From the IMG/VR virus record IMGVR_UViG_3300042922_000982, positions 64,001 through 128,000 of that record: 64,000 nucleotides of DNA; one strand, 5' to 3'. Below the pieces are notes generated by a model. The model saw only the letters and a list, made by a program, of their open reading frames with translations, was not told the DNA's origin and made no database searches. Numbering within the stretch: the stretch's first letter is position 1; each line of letters starts with the position of its first letter. Shown one piece after another: positions 28,641 through 36,665 of the stretch. Made by a program: the position numbers and the translations under genes. This DNA comes from a virus.

Positions 28641-28665
28641 GTTCCAGTGTAGCACGCAAACGGCA

Positions 28666-28693
28666 ACACACCCCGGCGATCGCCGGGGTGTGT
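28666..28693. terminator. perfect 28-bp palindrome centred on GCGATCGC, between RNAs 2 and 1
   Basis: ACACACCCCGGCGATCGCCGGGGTGTGT. Confidence 0.65.
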
Positions 28694-28695
28694 CG

Positions 28696-28836
28696 TGACC
28701 GGAGCAGGACTCGAACCTGCAAGGGCTTGTCCCACGGGTTTCCCCGCACCCGCCGTTCACGGCGAGCAGCCTATCTCCCACGTCTGAGGTGGGTAGTCGT
28801 CCTTTCAGGCAGCGTATGCCATTCCGCCACCCGGCC
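28696..28836 (-). ncRNA. tRNA-like RNA 2 (141 nt, expanded anticodon and variable regions)
   Basis: GGCCGGG/TCCGGTC acceptor, Leu-like D arm GCG-GAATGGCATA-CGC, GCAGG-TTCGAGT-CCTGC T arm; TGcTACACT -10 at 28844-28852. Confidence 0.8.
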
Positions 28837-28867
28837 GGTGGCCAGTGTAGCATGCGATCGCCACATA

Positions 28868-28905
28868 CACCCAGGCCCCGGACCGTGGGGTCCGGGGCCT
28901 GGGTG
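28868..28905 (-). terminator. 17-bp stem hairpin ending the large ncRNA
   Basis: CACCCAGGCCCCGGACC/GGTCCGGGGCCTGGGTG. Confidence 0.7.
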
Positions 28906-29288
28906 CGTCTACCCCCTCTGAGAGGAAGGTTGAAAGGGTGGGGTTTTGGCAAGGTGATCCCCGAACTTCGGAGCAAGCTCCGGGCGCCACGCAGGGCGAC
29001 GCCACCTGCACCGTGTAAATTTCCAACTCAATCCCAACTCTTGCAAGCGGGGCGGGGTCGGCCACGGTGCGCCTCGAATCTGGTGGGGCTGCGCGGCGGG
29101 ATTGAGGCCCGCCGTCAAGCCGCTCTGATGCAAGGGAGCGACCACCATTCACGCGATTTCAGGTCGCGCTAACCGAGGGATTGTTCGCCGCTGGGCGCCC
29201 CCACTCCTTGCCGAGCCTGGGAAAGCTTGCCGGGGCTGCCTGCCGGGGCCGAAACCCCCGCCGCCGCCGCCGTGCGCTGCGAACAAGC
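28906..29288 (-). ncRNA. putative ~380-nt structured ncRNA of unknown class
   Basis: no credible ORF; nested helices, UUCG tetraloop and G-U pairs favour the minus strand; upstream TTGCCA-N18-TAATAT and downstream hairpin. Confidence 0.6.
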
Positions 29289-29337
29289 TAATATTAACCC
29301 GCCCCTAACCTGGCTGGCAAGGGGCGGGCCTGTTTTT

Positions 29338-29565
29338 TCACGAATTGATCGCCGATTCGTCGCGGGCCACCACCTGCTCGTAGACGATGTCCTCGGCTAC
29401 GAGCCAATCGTGGACCGCCTGTTCGGCGTCGTCGAGGCTTGATCTGGCGATGGTGATCTGCAAGGTGCGGGGCCTGGGAAGATCCTTCAAGTGCAGGGTG
29501 GTGGTGCGCTCCGCTGATACGAAGCGCACCCCCGACACCGTCACCTGGAAGGTCGTCTGTTCCAT
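29338..29565 (-). CDS. hypothetical protein
   Basis: follows the large gene in the same orientation. Confidence 0.55.
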   Translation of the reverse strand: MEQTTFQVTVSGVRFVSAERTTTLHLKDLPRPRTLQITIARSSLDDAEQAVHDWLVAEDIVYEQVVARDESAINS

Positions 29566-29586
29566 GGCCCCGGCCCTGCCGATCGC

Positions 29587-32500
29587 CTACTCCAGATCCG
29601 GCTCGGCGTGCCCGGCGGTACGGCCGGGCGCGCGATCGCTGCGTTTCTTGCCCATGAACTGGGCCTTCACGCGAGCGGGAGCCGCCTCGGCACCTTCCAC
29701 CCGGCCGAAGCGCGCCGCCTGGCGCACCTCGCCTGCCAGCTTCTGCTTGCGGGCAACCGCGATCCCCTTCTTCTCGTCCAGGGTCGAGACCCCGGCCGTG
29801 TGCGAGCGGGTGATGACGCGGTGCACGATCGCCTTCGGCACCGAGCCGGTGAGGCGGGCGTGACGCCCGTAGAGCTGCTCCAGGTTGGCCTGGTTGTAGT
29901 CGCCGTCCAGGTCGATCAGGTGCGTGCCGCGACCCAGGTTGACACCCGAGGCCGCGATGTTCGAGCTGACGACCAGGATCTTGTGCGCCTCGTTCTCGTT
30001 GAAGCTCTTGACCGTATCGTTGCGCGAGGCGCTGATGCGGGTGTCGTGCTTCTCGACAGGCGACGTCTCCTCGTCCTCCGCGCCCGGCTCGGGCGTGAAG
30101 TCCTCGTCGGTGCCGCCCGCCTCCTCGTGCGCCGCCTTCAGCTCGTCTTGCGACGCGCGGATGACGCCGTACTTGTAGCCCAGGCGATCGGCATCGGCGC
30201 CGCCCGCCATCTTCTGCACGTCGGCATGGGCCCGCTTGAGGCGTTCGTACGTGTTGGACGTCTCGGGGAAGGTGCTGAGGCGATCGCGGGTGTCCGCGTG
30301 CGCCCGCGCCACCGCCTTGAGGTTGCGGTGCTCGACCTCCTCCTCGTGCGTCAGACCGCCCGCCGCCGCCTTGGCGGACAGGTGGTTGTGGCGCTCGTAG
30401 GCGTGCTTCGTGTTGTCGTGGGTGTCTTGCAGGCTGGCCTTGAGGGCCTGGTGCTTGGTCGCCTCTTCGTGCATCTGGCGCTCGATCGGCTCCAGGCTGC
30501 TCTCGAGGTGGCGCTTGGCGTTGGCGCCCGAGTACTCGCCCATCACGCGCTTGGCCACCCCTTCGAGGTGGTTCTGGCCGTTGACGCGCTTGGAGGCGAG
30601 GATGATCTTGGCGTGGGGGTCGTTGCGCATGATCTCGCGCACCTTGTCCTCCACGGCCTTGATCTTGTGAGCGTGAAGCTCCTCCTCCGAGTGGGCGATC
30701 GCCGCCAGGGCGCCCTTGCCGATCTTGCCGTCCTTGCCGCCGCCCTCGATCGCGCTCATGGCGCCAGAGCTGTGAAGCTCCTCGTGGTGGCGTTGGATCA
30801 TGGCGTCGTGCTCGGGGCCGAGATCGACGTGCATGTCCTGCAACTGGGCCGACGGGGGACGCATCTCGGCGTCGAGGTCCTCGTTGGTGGAGGTCACCAT
30901 GTAGCGGCTGAGCTTGTTACCCAGCTCGGCCTTCTTCTCCTCGTTGATGCCGATCAGGTGGCCGGTCGACTCGTCCTTGATGCCGTAGTTCTTGATGAAC
31001 TGCTTCTCGGTGCCGAGATCGTGCTGGCCACGGTGCGTCATGTTGACGAGGTTGAGCTGCTCGCCCAGGTGGTTCTGGATCGGCGTGCCCGTGAGCGCCA
31101 TGACGCCCTTGGCCCGGCCGTGCTGCGACGCCTTCAAGCCCGCGTCCTCGTGGTCGAGGCCGTGGATGTAGGCGTCCACCACCCGGCGCTGGCCGCCCTG
31201 CGTGCCCGCGCGGTTGAGCGTGTGCGCCTCGTCGACGATCACGCCGTCGAAGCCCTGCTCTTTCAGGTGCTGGGCGATCGGCTTGCCGCCCACCTTCTTG
31301 TTGCCGTGCACCGGGGCGCCGTCCTCGCCGAACAGCTCGTGCGCCTTGATGTTGTGCTCCGCCTCCAGGGCCGCCTGGACCTCGGGCCGGTGCAGATCAT
31401 CGTGCGTGAGCCCCTTGTCGCGCATCACGTCCGCGAGCTTGACCGCCCCGATGCGGGTGGCCTTGTTCGCGAGCATGGAGCGCGTGACGACGTGGTACTT
31501 CGCGTTCGGGCTGATGTCCTTGCCGAACGAGATCTCGCCGCCCTCGTGGTGATCACCGGCGCCGGGCAGGTGCGGCTTCATGCCGAAGAAGGCCGCCGCG
31601 TCGTCTTTCCAGGCTTTCGCCTGGGTGGTGGAGGGCACCACGACCAGGTGCTTCTGCGCCGCGTCCGGGTTCTTCACCTTGGCAAGCTCGGCCGCCGCGA
31701 GCGCGGAGCTGGTCTTGCCGTTGCCGACGCCGAGCGCGCTGATGGTGCGCTGCCCGCCGTTGACGTAGTGGTGAATCATCTTCTGCTGGTGCTTGGTGAA
31801 CCCGATCTGACGGCCGTTGGTGTCGCCGTTGATGTGGCTCAACAGGCCAGGGATCGCCGTGGTCGCCTTGCCCTCGGGGCCGTAGACGTGAGAGCCCAGC
31901 TCGTCGAAGCCGTTGATCTGGTCGGCTGCGAGGGCCGCTTTTTGGCGGACCTGCTGCAAGCGCGGCAGGATGTCGCCGCGCAGCTTGACGCCGCCGAGCA
32001 GGTGCGTGATGCGGTCGACCGCCTCCATGGGCACGACCAGCCCGCGCTTGCCGCCCTTGGCGTTGGCCAGCTGGCCGTAGCCTTCCTCTTTCAGCATGCC
32101 GAGCACCTGGGCGATCGCGTGCGCCTTGCGGATCGCCTGCGATTGCTCGGTGGTGGTGCCGAGGTTGGCGTCTTCCAGCCCGCCGAGGCCGTGCTTCTCG
32201 CCCAGCTCCTTGATGATGGCCTGCTCTTGCGCCTGGGTGGGCGTGCCCTTCCAGAACATCTTGTGCTTGACCATCGCGTTGGCCAGCTCGATCAGCTTGC
32301 CCTCGGGATCGGTGGGGTCCGACGGCAGGCTCAGAATGGCGCGCGGCTCGGGCGCGTCGATCTCGGGCAGGCCGTCCTTGACGCGCTGCTTGTTCGCCTT
32401 CAGGCGCGCCTTGCGCTCGTCGGCGGACTCGGGCTGCTCCATCTGGATGGTGGGCACGTCGGCGTGGGCCTTGCGGTCCGCGTCGGCGAGCTTGGCGTCG

Positions 32501-35500
32501 ACGATCGCCTTCTCCTCGGGCGTGTGGGCCTCGAAGTAGGCGTGGGCCTTCTCGCGGCTCCAGTTGCCCAGGGCGGTCATCTTGTCCTGCTTGGCGTCGT
32601 AGCCCGCGAAGAGCTGCTTGCCGTTGTGCTCCACCGGCCCCTGGTGCTGGGCCAGGCCGCCGGTCTCGCCGATGATCTCGTGCAGGCGCTTGCCCGCCAG
32701 GTTGCCCTGGGTGATCACGGGCGACCCCTTGTGGTCGTACGTGACATGCATGAGCCAGTGGCTGTTGCCGTTGGAGAGGTGCACCACCGAGCTGGTGCCC
32801 GCCAGCGCGCGCAGCTTGCGGTTGAGGTCGTCGGCGGTGTGGATCACGGTGTCGCCGAGCAAGCCGCCCCAGTACTGATCCTTCACGCGGCCGTCGGCGC
32901 CGATGTGAATGTCGATGTCGTGGCCGTCGTGCGTGCGCGCGGTGAACGTGCGCGTGCCGTCGTCTTGCTGGGCGCCTTCCTTGAAGTCGACCGGGGCGTC
33001 CTCTGCCGCCGCCTTCGCCTTCTCGCCCTTGGTGGCCGTCTTGCGCACCTTGCCGTCGGCGACGGTGCGCTTGTGGCCCGCGATCTGCTTGGCGACGTGC
33101 TCGCTCAGGTCGTTGCCCGAGCTGTTCTGAATGGCCGCGTCGAGCTCCTTGTTGAAGTCGACCGCCAGGTTCTTGTTGTCGAGCCCCAGGTGGCGGTACA
33201 GCGCGGCGGCCGGGATGGTCCCGTCCTTCTTGCTGCCGGGCACCTGCGTCCCGTGCTCCGTCTCCGCGAACAGCTCGGTCTTGTGACCCTTCTTGCTCTT
33301 GGCGTCGTAGCTCTGGCGGACGTGAACGTGGACCGTCTTGCCCTCGTGCTGGATGGTGAACTTGTGCTCTTTCGCCGCCTTCTCGTCATCCGCGTGGCTG
33401 TGATCGCCGAAGTCGCCGCCGCCCGACAGGTGCGCGTGAAGCTCGGAGATGTGCTTGCCCACGAAGGCCGAGGGACCGGCGGCAATCTGGCCGCCCTTGG
33501 TGATGTACACGGCGCGCCCGTGCATGGTGATCCAGCGCCCGCCGGGGTACTTCGAGAGCATCTCGGCGCCGATCCCCTTGAGGATCAGGTCGTCGAAGGG
33601 CTCGTCAACGCCCGCGACCAGCGCGTCGGCCACCCGGTAGGTCAGGCTGCCGGTGTAGCTCTTGGCGATCGCCTCGTCCACCTGGGACAGAGAACCCGGC
33701 CCGGCAAACGCCGCCATCTGGAAGATGAGGCCGTTGGCGCGGTCGACCACGGTCCAGACGCGATCGTCGCCGCCCAGGCTCTTGACCAGGCCGGTGTCGG
33801 CCAGCCACATCTTCACCGTGCGCTGCGGCTCGGCGTCGAGGGGCCGATCCTCGAACACGAAGGCCATCAAGCGGCCCTCGGCGGTGTAGGGCATCAGCCC
33901 CTTGGTCAGCTCGGTGCCGTGGAAGTCCTGGAGGTCGCCCGCCAGCTGGAGGTGCTGCTTGGCGTTCATGAGCATCTTGCGGCCGGTGCCGGGGTGGTAG
34001 CCCAGGCGCTCGAACACGTCCGACACCGCGATCCAGCTCTTCTTGCCGCCCACCACGTCCTTGGTGGACTTGGGGGTGGTCAGCATGGCCATGTAGTCGC
34101 CCTTCCACTTGAGGAGGTTGAGCGCCAGCTGGTACTTCTGGCCGTTCGGGTTGACCTTCGAGGGCTTGACGCCGCCGTTGACCAGCATGCGATTGACGAT
34201 CATGTGATCGTTAATGGCCACGGGCTCGCGATCGGCGGCTTGCAGGAGCGCCTTGTACTCCTTGCCCTTGCGCTGATCCTTGGGCACCTTGCGCACCGCG
34301 CTCTTGGCCGCCTGGATCTCGGCGTTCTGCGCGTTCAGGTCGTCCTTGGCGCGCTTGAGGCCCTCGGCCATGGCCGGAACGTGCTCGTGCTTGAGCATGT
34401 CCTTGAGCGCCTTGCCGCCGTCCTCGAGGCCCGCCGACACGACCACGGCGTAGCGCGCGCGGGGGTCGGGAATTTGCGCGATCGCCGCGCCCATGAGGGC
34501 CTGCAACCGCTCCGAGTGATCGGCTTGCGCCACCTGGGCGAGCGGGTCGACGCCCTTGCCCTCGACCAGATCGCCGAGCGTGCCCGCTTGATCATCGTCG
34601 CCCGCCGGGGCGTCGAGGTGGGCGGCCACGACCTCGTGGGCCAGGCGCGACAGGCGCTTGACCTCGGCCGTTTCGACCTGCATGGCGTGAGCCAGCTCGG
34701 TGTCGGTGGCCGGGCGGCCAAGCTCCGTCTCCAGGGCGCCGCGCACGCGGCTCATCTGGGTCAGGCTGGTGTTGTCGGCCTGCGACACGCGAATGGGGCT
34801 GACGCCCATGATGTCGCGCCACTTGCGGCTCAACTCCTGATCGACGGTGCCCGCCACCTGATCGTGCAGGCTGGTGATGCGCTCGGTGGGGTCGTGGCGA
34901 CCGATCACCTGCCACGCGCTCATGCGGGCGTGCTGCGCCATGTCGGCGAAGAACGAATTGCTCGCCGGGCGGCCCTTCTCGTCGACGGAGGCCGTCATGC
35001 CGAGCTTGCGCATCCAGTTACCGGCGATCGCCACGATCTTCGGCTCCATGTTGCGCAGGGTCGCTTCTTTCACCCGGCGCTCCAGCTCCGGGGTGTAGTC
35101 CTTGTAGCCCTTGAGCTTCTCGCGGATCCGCTGCTTCGCCTCGTCGCCGTCGGCGAGGAAGAGCTGGCCTTCGAGCTTCTTCTTCTCGGCGAACTTGCCG
35201 AGGTGCTCCTCGAACACCGCCTGCTTCTGCACGCGGGCCGCCGCGCCCTCGGCGCTGTCCTTCTTGAGGCCCGGAATGTCGAACAGGGGGGCGGGCTTGC
35301 CGAGCGTCACCTTGGCCGGGGCCGCCGCCGTGTTCACCTTCGCGCGCACGTCGGGCTCGGCCCAGGCAAGCGAGCCCTGCGGGCCCACGCCGGGGAGCGT
35401 CTTGGGGGTCTTGGGCTTGGCGGCGGCCTTCGTCGCCTTCGTTTTCTTGCCGCCCGCCTCGCCGTGGGTGCCCACGGTCAGGACCGGCTGCTTGGCGTGC

Positions 35501-35973
35501 GCCTTGACCTTGCCGCCCACATGGACGCCGGTCTTGCCCGCCTTGGCGGCAGCCTTGGTGGCCGGGGCGATCGCCGCCGCCTTCTTGGGCGATTGCGCCT
35601 TGAGGGCCGTGCTGGCCTTGCCCGTGGTGGGCTTGGTCGGCGCCTTGGCGACGGCCTTGGCCTTCACCTTGGCCTTCGGCGCGGCCACGGTGGCCGCCTT
35701 GCCCGCCTTCTTCGCGGGCTGGGCGCCCACGGGCTTGGCCTTGGGCACCGCCGCGCTGGCCTTGCCCTTGGTGCCCTTGACGGCCGCCTTGGTGGCCTTG
35801 GGGGCCGCGCCCGCTTTCGCGTCCTTCTTCTTGAGCTTCGCTTCCTCCAGAAGCTTGGCCGCGAGCGCGCTCACGACCTTTTTCTTGTTGACGTTGCGGG
35901 TGGTCTCGCGCACCTGGTAGACCGTGCCCGTTTTGGTGTGGCTCTGGTGAGCCTTCACCCTTTCGGTACTCAT
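29587..35973 (-). CDS. 2,128-aa polyvalent protein: N-terminal tag, K/A/P-rich linker, sigma-70-like domain, SNF2-family helicase
   Basis: AGGAGG RBS; SNF2 motifs GVGNGKT, LVVVP, IVDEAH, LTGTPIQN, SGVNL, QLYGRHAR; sigma-like DMAQHARMSAWQVIGRHDP, LETELGRPATDTELAHAM, HLDAP..TLGDLV. Confidence 0.88.
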   Translation of the reverse strand: MSTERVKAHQSHTKTGTVYQVRETTRNVNKKKVVSALAAKLLEEAKLKKKDAKAGAAPKATKAAVKGTKGKASAAVPKAKPVGAQPAKKAGKAATVAAPKAKVKAKAVAKAPTKPTTGKASTALKAQSPKKAAAIAPATKAAAKAGKTGVHVGGKVKAHAKQPVLTVGTHGEAGGKKTKATKAAAKPKTPKTLPGVGPQGSLAWAEPDVRAKVNTAAAPAKVTLGKPAPLFDIPGLKKDSAEGAAARVQKQAVFEEHLGKFAEKKKLEGQLFLADGDEAKQRIREKLKGYKDYTPELERRVKEATLRNMEPKIVAIAGNWMRKLGMTASVDEKGRPASNSFFADMAQHARMSAWQVIGRHDPTERITSLHDQVAGTVDQELSRKWRDIMGVSPIRVSQADNTSLTQMSRVRGALETELGRPATDTELAHAMQVETAEVKRLSRLAHEVVAAHLDAPAGDDDQAGTLGDLVEGKGVDPLAQVAQADHSERLQALMGAAIAQIPDPRARYAVVVSAGLEDGGKALKDMLKHEHVPAMAEGLKRAKDDLNAQNAEIQAAKSAVRKVPKDQRKGKEYKALLQAADREPVAINDHMIVNRMLVNGGVKPSKVNPNGQKYQLALNLLKWKGDYMAMLTTPKSTKDVVGGKKSWIAVSDVFERLGYHPGTGRKMLMNAKQHLQLAGDLQDFHGTELTKGLMPYTAEGRLMAFVFEDRPLDAEPQRTVKMWLADTGLVKSLGGDDRVWTVVDRANGLIFQMAAFAGPGSLSQVDEAIAKSYTGSLTYRVADALVAGVDEPFDDLILKGIGAEMLSKYPGGRWITMHGRAVYITKGGQIAAGPSAFVGKHISELHAHLSGGGDFGDHSHADDEKAAKEHKFTIQHEGKTVHVHVRQSYDAKSKKGHKTELFAETEHGTQVPGSKKDGTIPAAALYRHLGLDNKNLAVDFNKELDAAIQNSSGNDLSEHVAKQIAGHKRTVADGKVRKTATKGEKAKAAAEDAPVDFKEGAQQDDGTRTFTARTHDGHDIDIHIGADGRVKDQYWGGLLGDTVIHTADDLNRKLRALAGTSSVVHLSNGNSHWLMHVTYDHKGSPVITQGNLAGKRLHEIIGETGGLAQHQGPVEHNGKQLFAGYDAKQDKMTALGNWSREKAHAYFEAHTPEEKAIVDAKLADADRKAHADVPTIQMEQPESADERKARLKANKQRVKDGLPEIDAPEPRAILSLPSDPTDPEGKLIELANAMVKHKMFWKGTPTQAQEQAIIKELGEKHGLGGLEDANLGTTTEQSQAIRKAHAIAQVLGMLKEEGYGQLANAKGGKRGLVVPMEAVDRITHLLGGVKLRGDILPRLQQVRQKAALAADQINGFDELGSHVYGPEGKATTAIPGLLSHINGDTNGRQIGFTKHQQKMIHHYVNGGQRTISALGVGNGKTSSALAAAELAKVKNPDAAQKHLVVVPSTTQAKAWKDDAAAFFGMKPHLPGAGDHHEGGEISFGKDISPNAKYHVVTRSMLANKATRIGAVKLADVMRDKGLTHDDLHRPEVQAALEAEHNIKAHELFGEDGAPVHGNKKVGGKPIAQHLKEQGFDGVIVDEAHTLNRAGTQGGQRRVVDAYIHGLDHEDAGLKASQHGRAKGVMALTGTPIQNHLGEQLNLVNMTHRGQHDLGTEKQFIKNYGIKDESTGHLIGINEEKKAELGNKLSRYMVTSTNEDLDAEMRPPSAQLQDMHVDLGPEHDAMIQRHHEELHSSGAMSAIEGGGKDGKIGKGALAAIAHSEEELHAHKIKAVEDKVREIMRNDPHAKIILASKRVNGQNHLEGVAKRVMGEYSGANAKRHLESSLEPIERQMHEEATKHQALKASLQDTHDNTKHAYERHNHLSAKAAAGGLTHEEEVEHRNLKAVARAHADTRDRLSTFPETSNTYERLKRAHADVQKMAGGADADRLGYKYGVIRASQDELKAAHEEAGGTDEDFTPEPGAEDEETSPVEKHDTRISASRNDTVKSFNENEAHKILVVSSNIAASGVNLGRGTHLIDLDGDYNQANLEQLYGRHARLTGSVPKAIVHRVITRSHTAGVSTLDEKKGIAVARKQKLAGEVRQAARFGRVEGAEAAPARVKAQFMGKKRSDRAPGRTAGHAEPDLE

Positions 35974-36065
35974 ACGCTCCATCCTCCTATTGGCATGGGA
36001 TTGGCGTTCCGAGCGTAGCACGGGCAAGCAGCCGAAAAGGCACCATTTGACACCTTAGACGCAAT

Positions 36066-36105
36066 TATCCCCGAGGTGGGCCTGTTGGGCCTTCCTCGGG
36101 GATAA
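36066..36105 (-). terminator. hairpin downstream of tRNA-like RNA 3
   Basis: TTATCCCCGAGG/CCTCGGGGATAA. Confidence 0.55.
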
Positions 36106-36128
36106 CTGCGGACTCCCGCCATGGGAGA

Positions 36129-36278
36129 TGGCGCCGTGGCAGGAATCGAACCTGCGATCTGAGGCTTCTCTGTTCCCGGCCGCCTGGGGGAGGTACTCCC
36201 GAACCGGGCGATATGGCCCCTCTCTCTACCTGGGTCGGGGTCTTGCAGGCACCCCTTCCGCCTGATGGTCATCACGGC
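36129..36278 (-). ncRNA. tRNA-like RNA 3 (150 nt, acceptor + T arm + GCCA, non-tRNA interior)
   Basis: GCCGTG/CACGGC acceptor, GCAGG-TTCGATT-CCTGC T arm, TATACT -10 at 36285-36290. Confidence 0.75.
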
Positions 36279-36293
36279 GGGACCAGTATACCC

Positions 36294-36665
36294 TCATGCG
36301 TAATCGATCGCCACCACGCGATCGCCCCAGCGGCCCACGTTGCTGTCGTCGAGGTCCTCGGTGAGCCCCGCGAACATGGCCGGGCACCATACCCATCCCT
36401 CCGGCAGCGGCTCGGCGCGGGCCATCACGTTGAGCCACCCGCCGGGGGACGCCCAGAGGGTCGGGCACAGCCGGAAGTGCCCCCGGTGCTGGGCCCACAC
36501 CGACGCCTCGTTCATGTTGGACAAGAGCCCCCACAGGAACGCGTACCACCCGGCCGTCACGATGGGCACCTTCACCACCACGCCCCCGATCAAGAGGGCA
36601 TGGCGGGTGGCGCCGGTGGCGATCGCCAACCGGCCGGGCAAGCGGCGCGCCAGGCCCCTCACCAC
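36294..36665 (-). CDS. minimal protein-kinase-like protein
   Basis: GATR..VVKVP..NxxE..EDLDDSNVG....VAIDYA pattern; start uncertain. Confidence 0.6.
   Translation of the reverse strand: MVRGLARRLPGRLAIATGATRHALLIGGVVVKVPIVTAGWYAFLWGLLSNMNEASVWAQHRGHFRLCPTLWASPGGWLNVMARAEPLPEGWVWCPAMFAGLTEDLDDSNVGRWGDRVVAIDYA

Noticed and set aside
28551-28836. Ordinary decoding tRNA-Leu genes
   Set aside because: No canonical 7-nt anticodon loop can be assigned, so they are reported as tRNA-like ncRNAs.
29081-29117. tmRNA: minus strand reads GGCGGG..CCCGCC..CAGCCCCACCA, like a tmRNA 3' end
   Set aside because: The loop is not TTCRA, no matching 5' GGGGCTG is present on that strand, no tag ORF is seen, and CCACCA is better explained by pairing with TGGTGG.
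28906-29295. RNase P or SRP RNA
   Set aside because: The GAGGAAAGUCC/P4 and SRP helix-8 signatures are not properly matched.
29608-36018. 2,136-aa plus-strand ORF, and similar ones (36755-38683, 38568-40424, 45001-47508, 56304-58487)
   Set aside because: These are antisense shadow frames of real minus-strand genes caused by high GC3; they lack motifs and RBSs.
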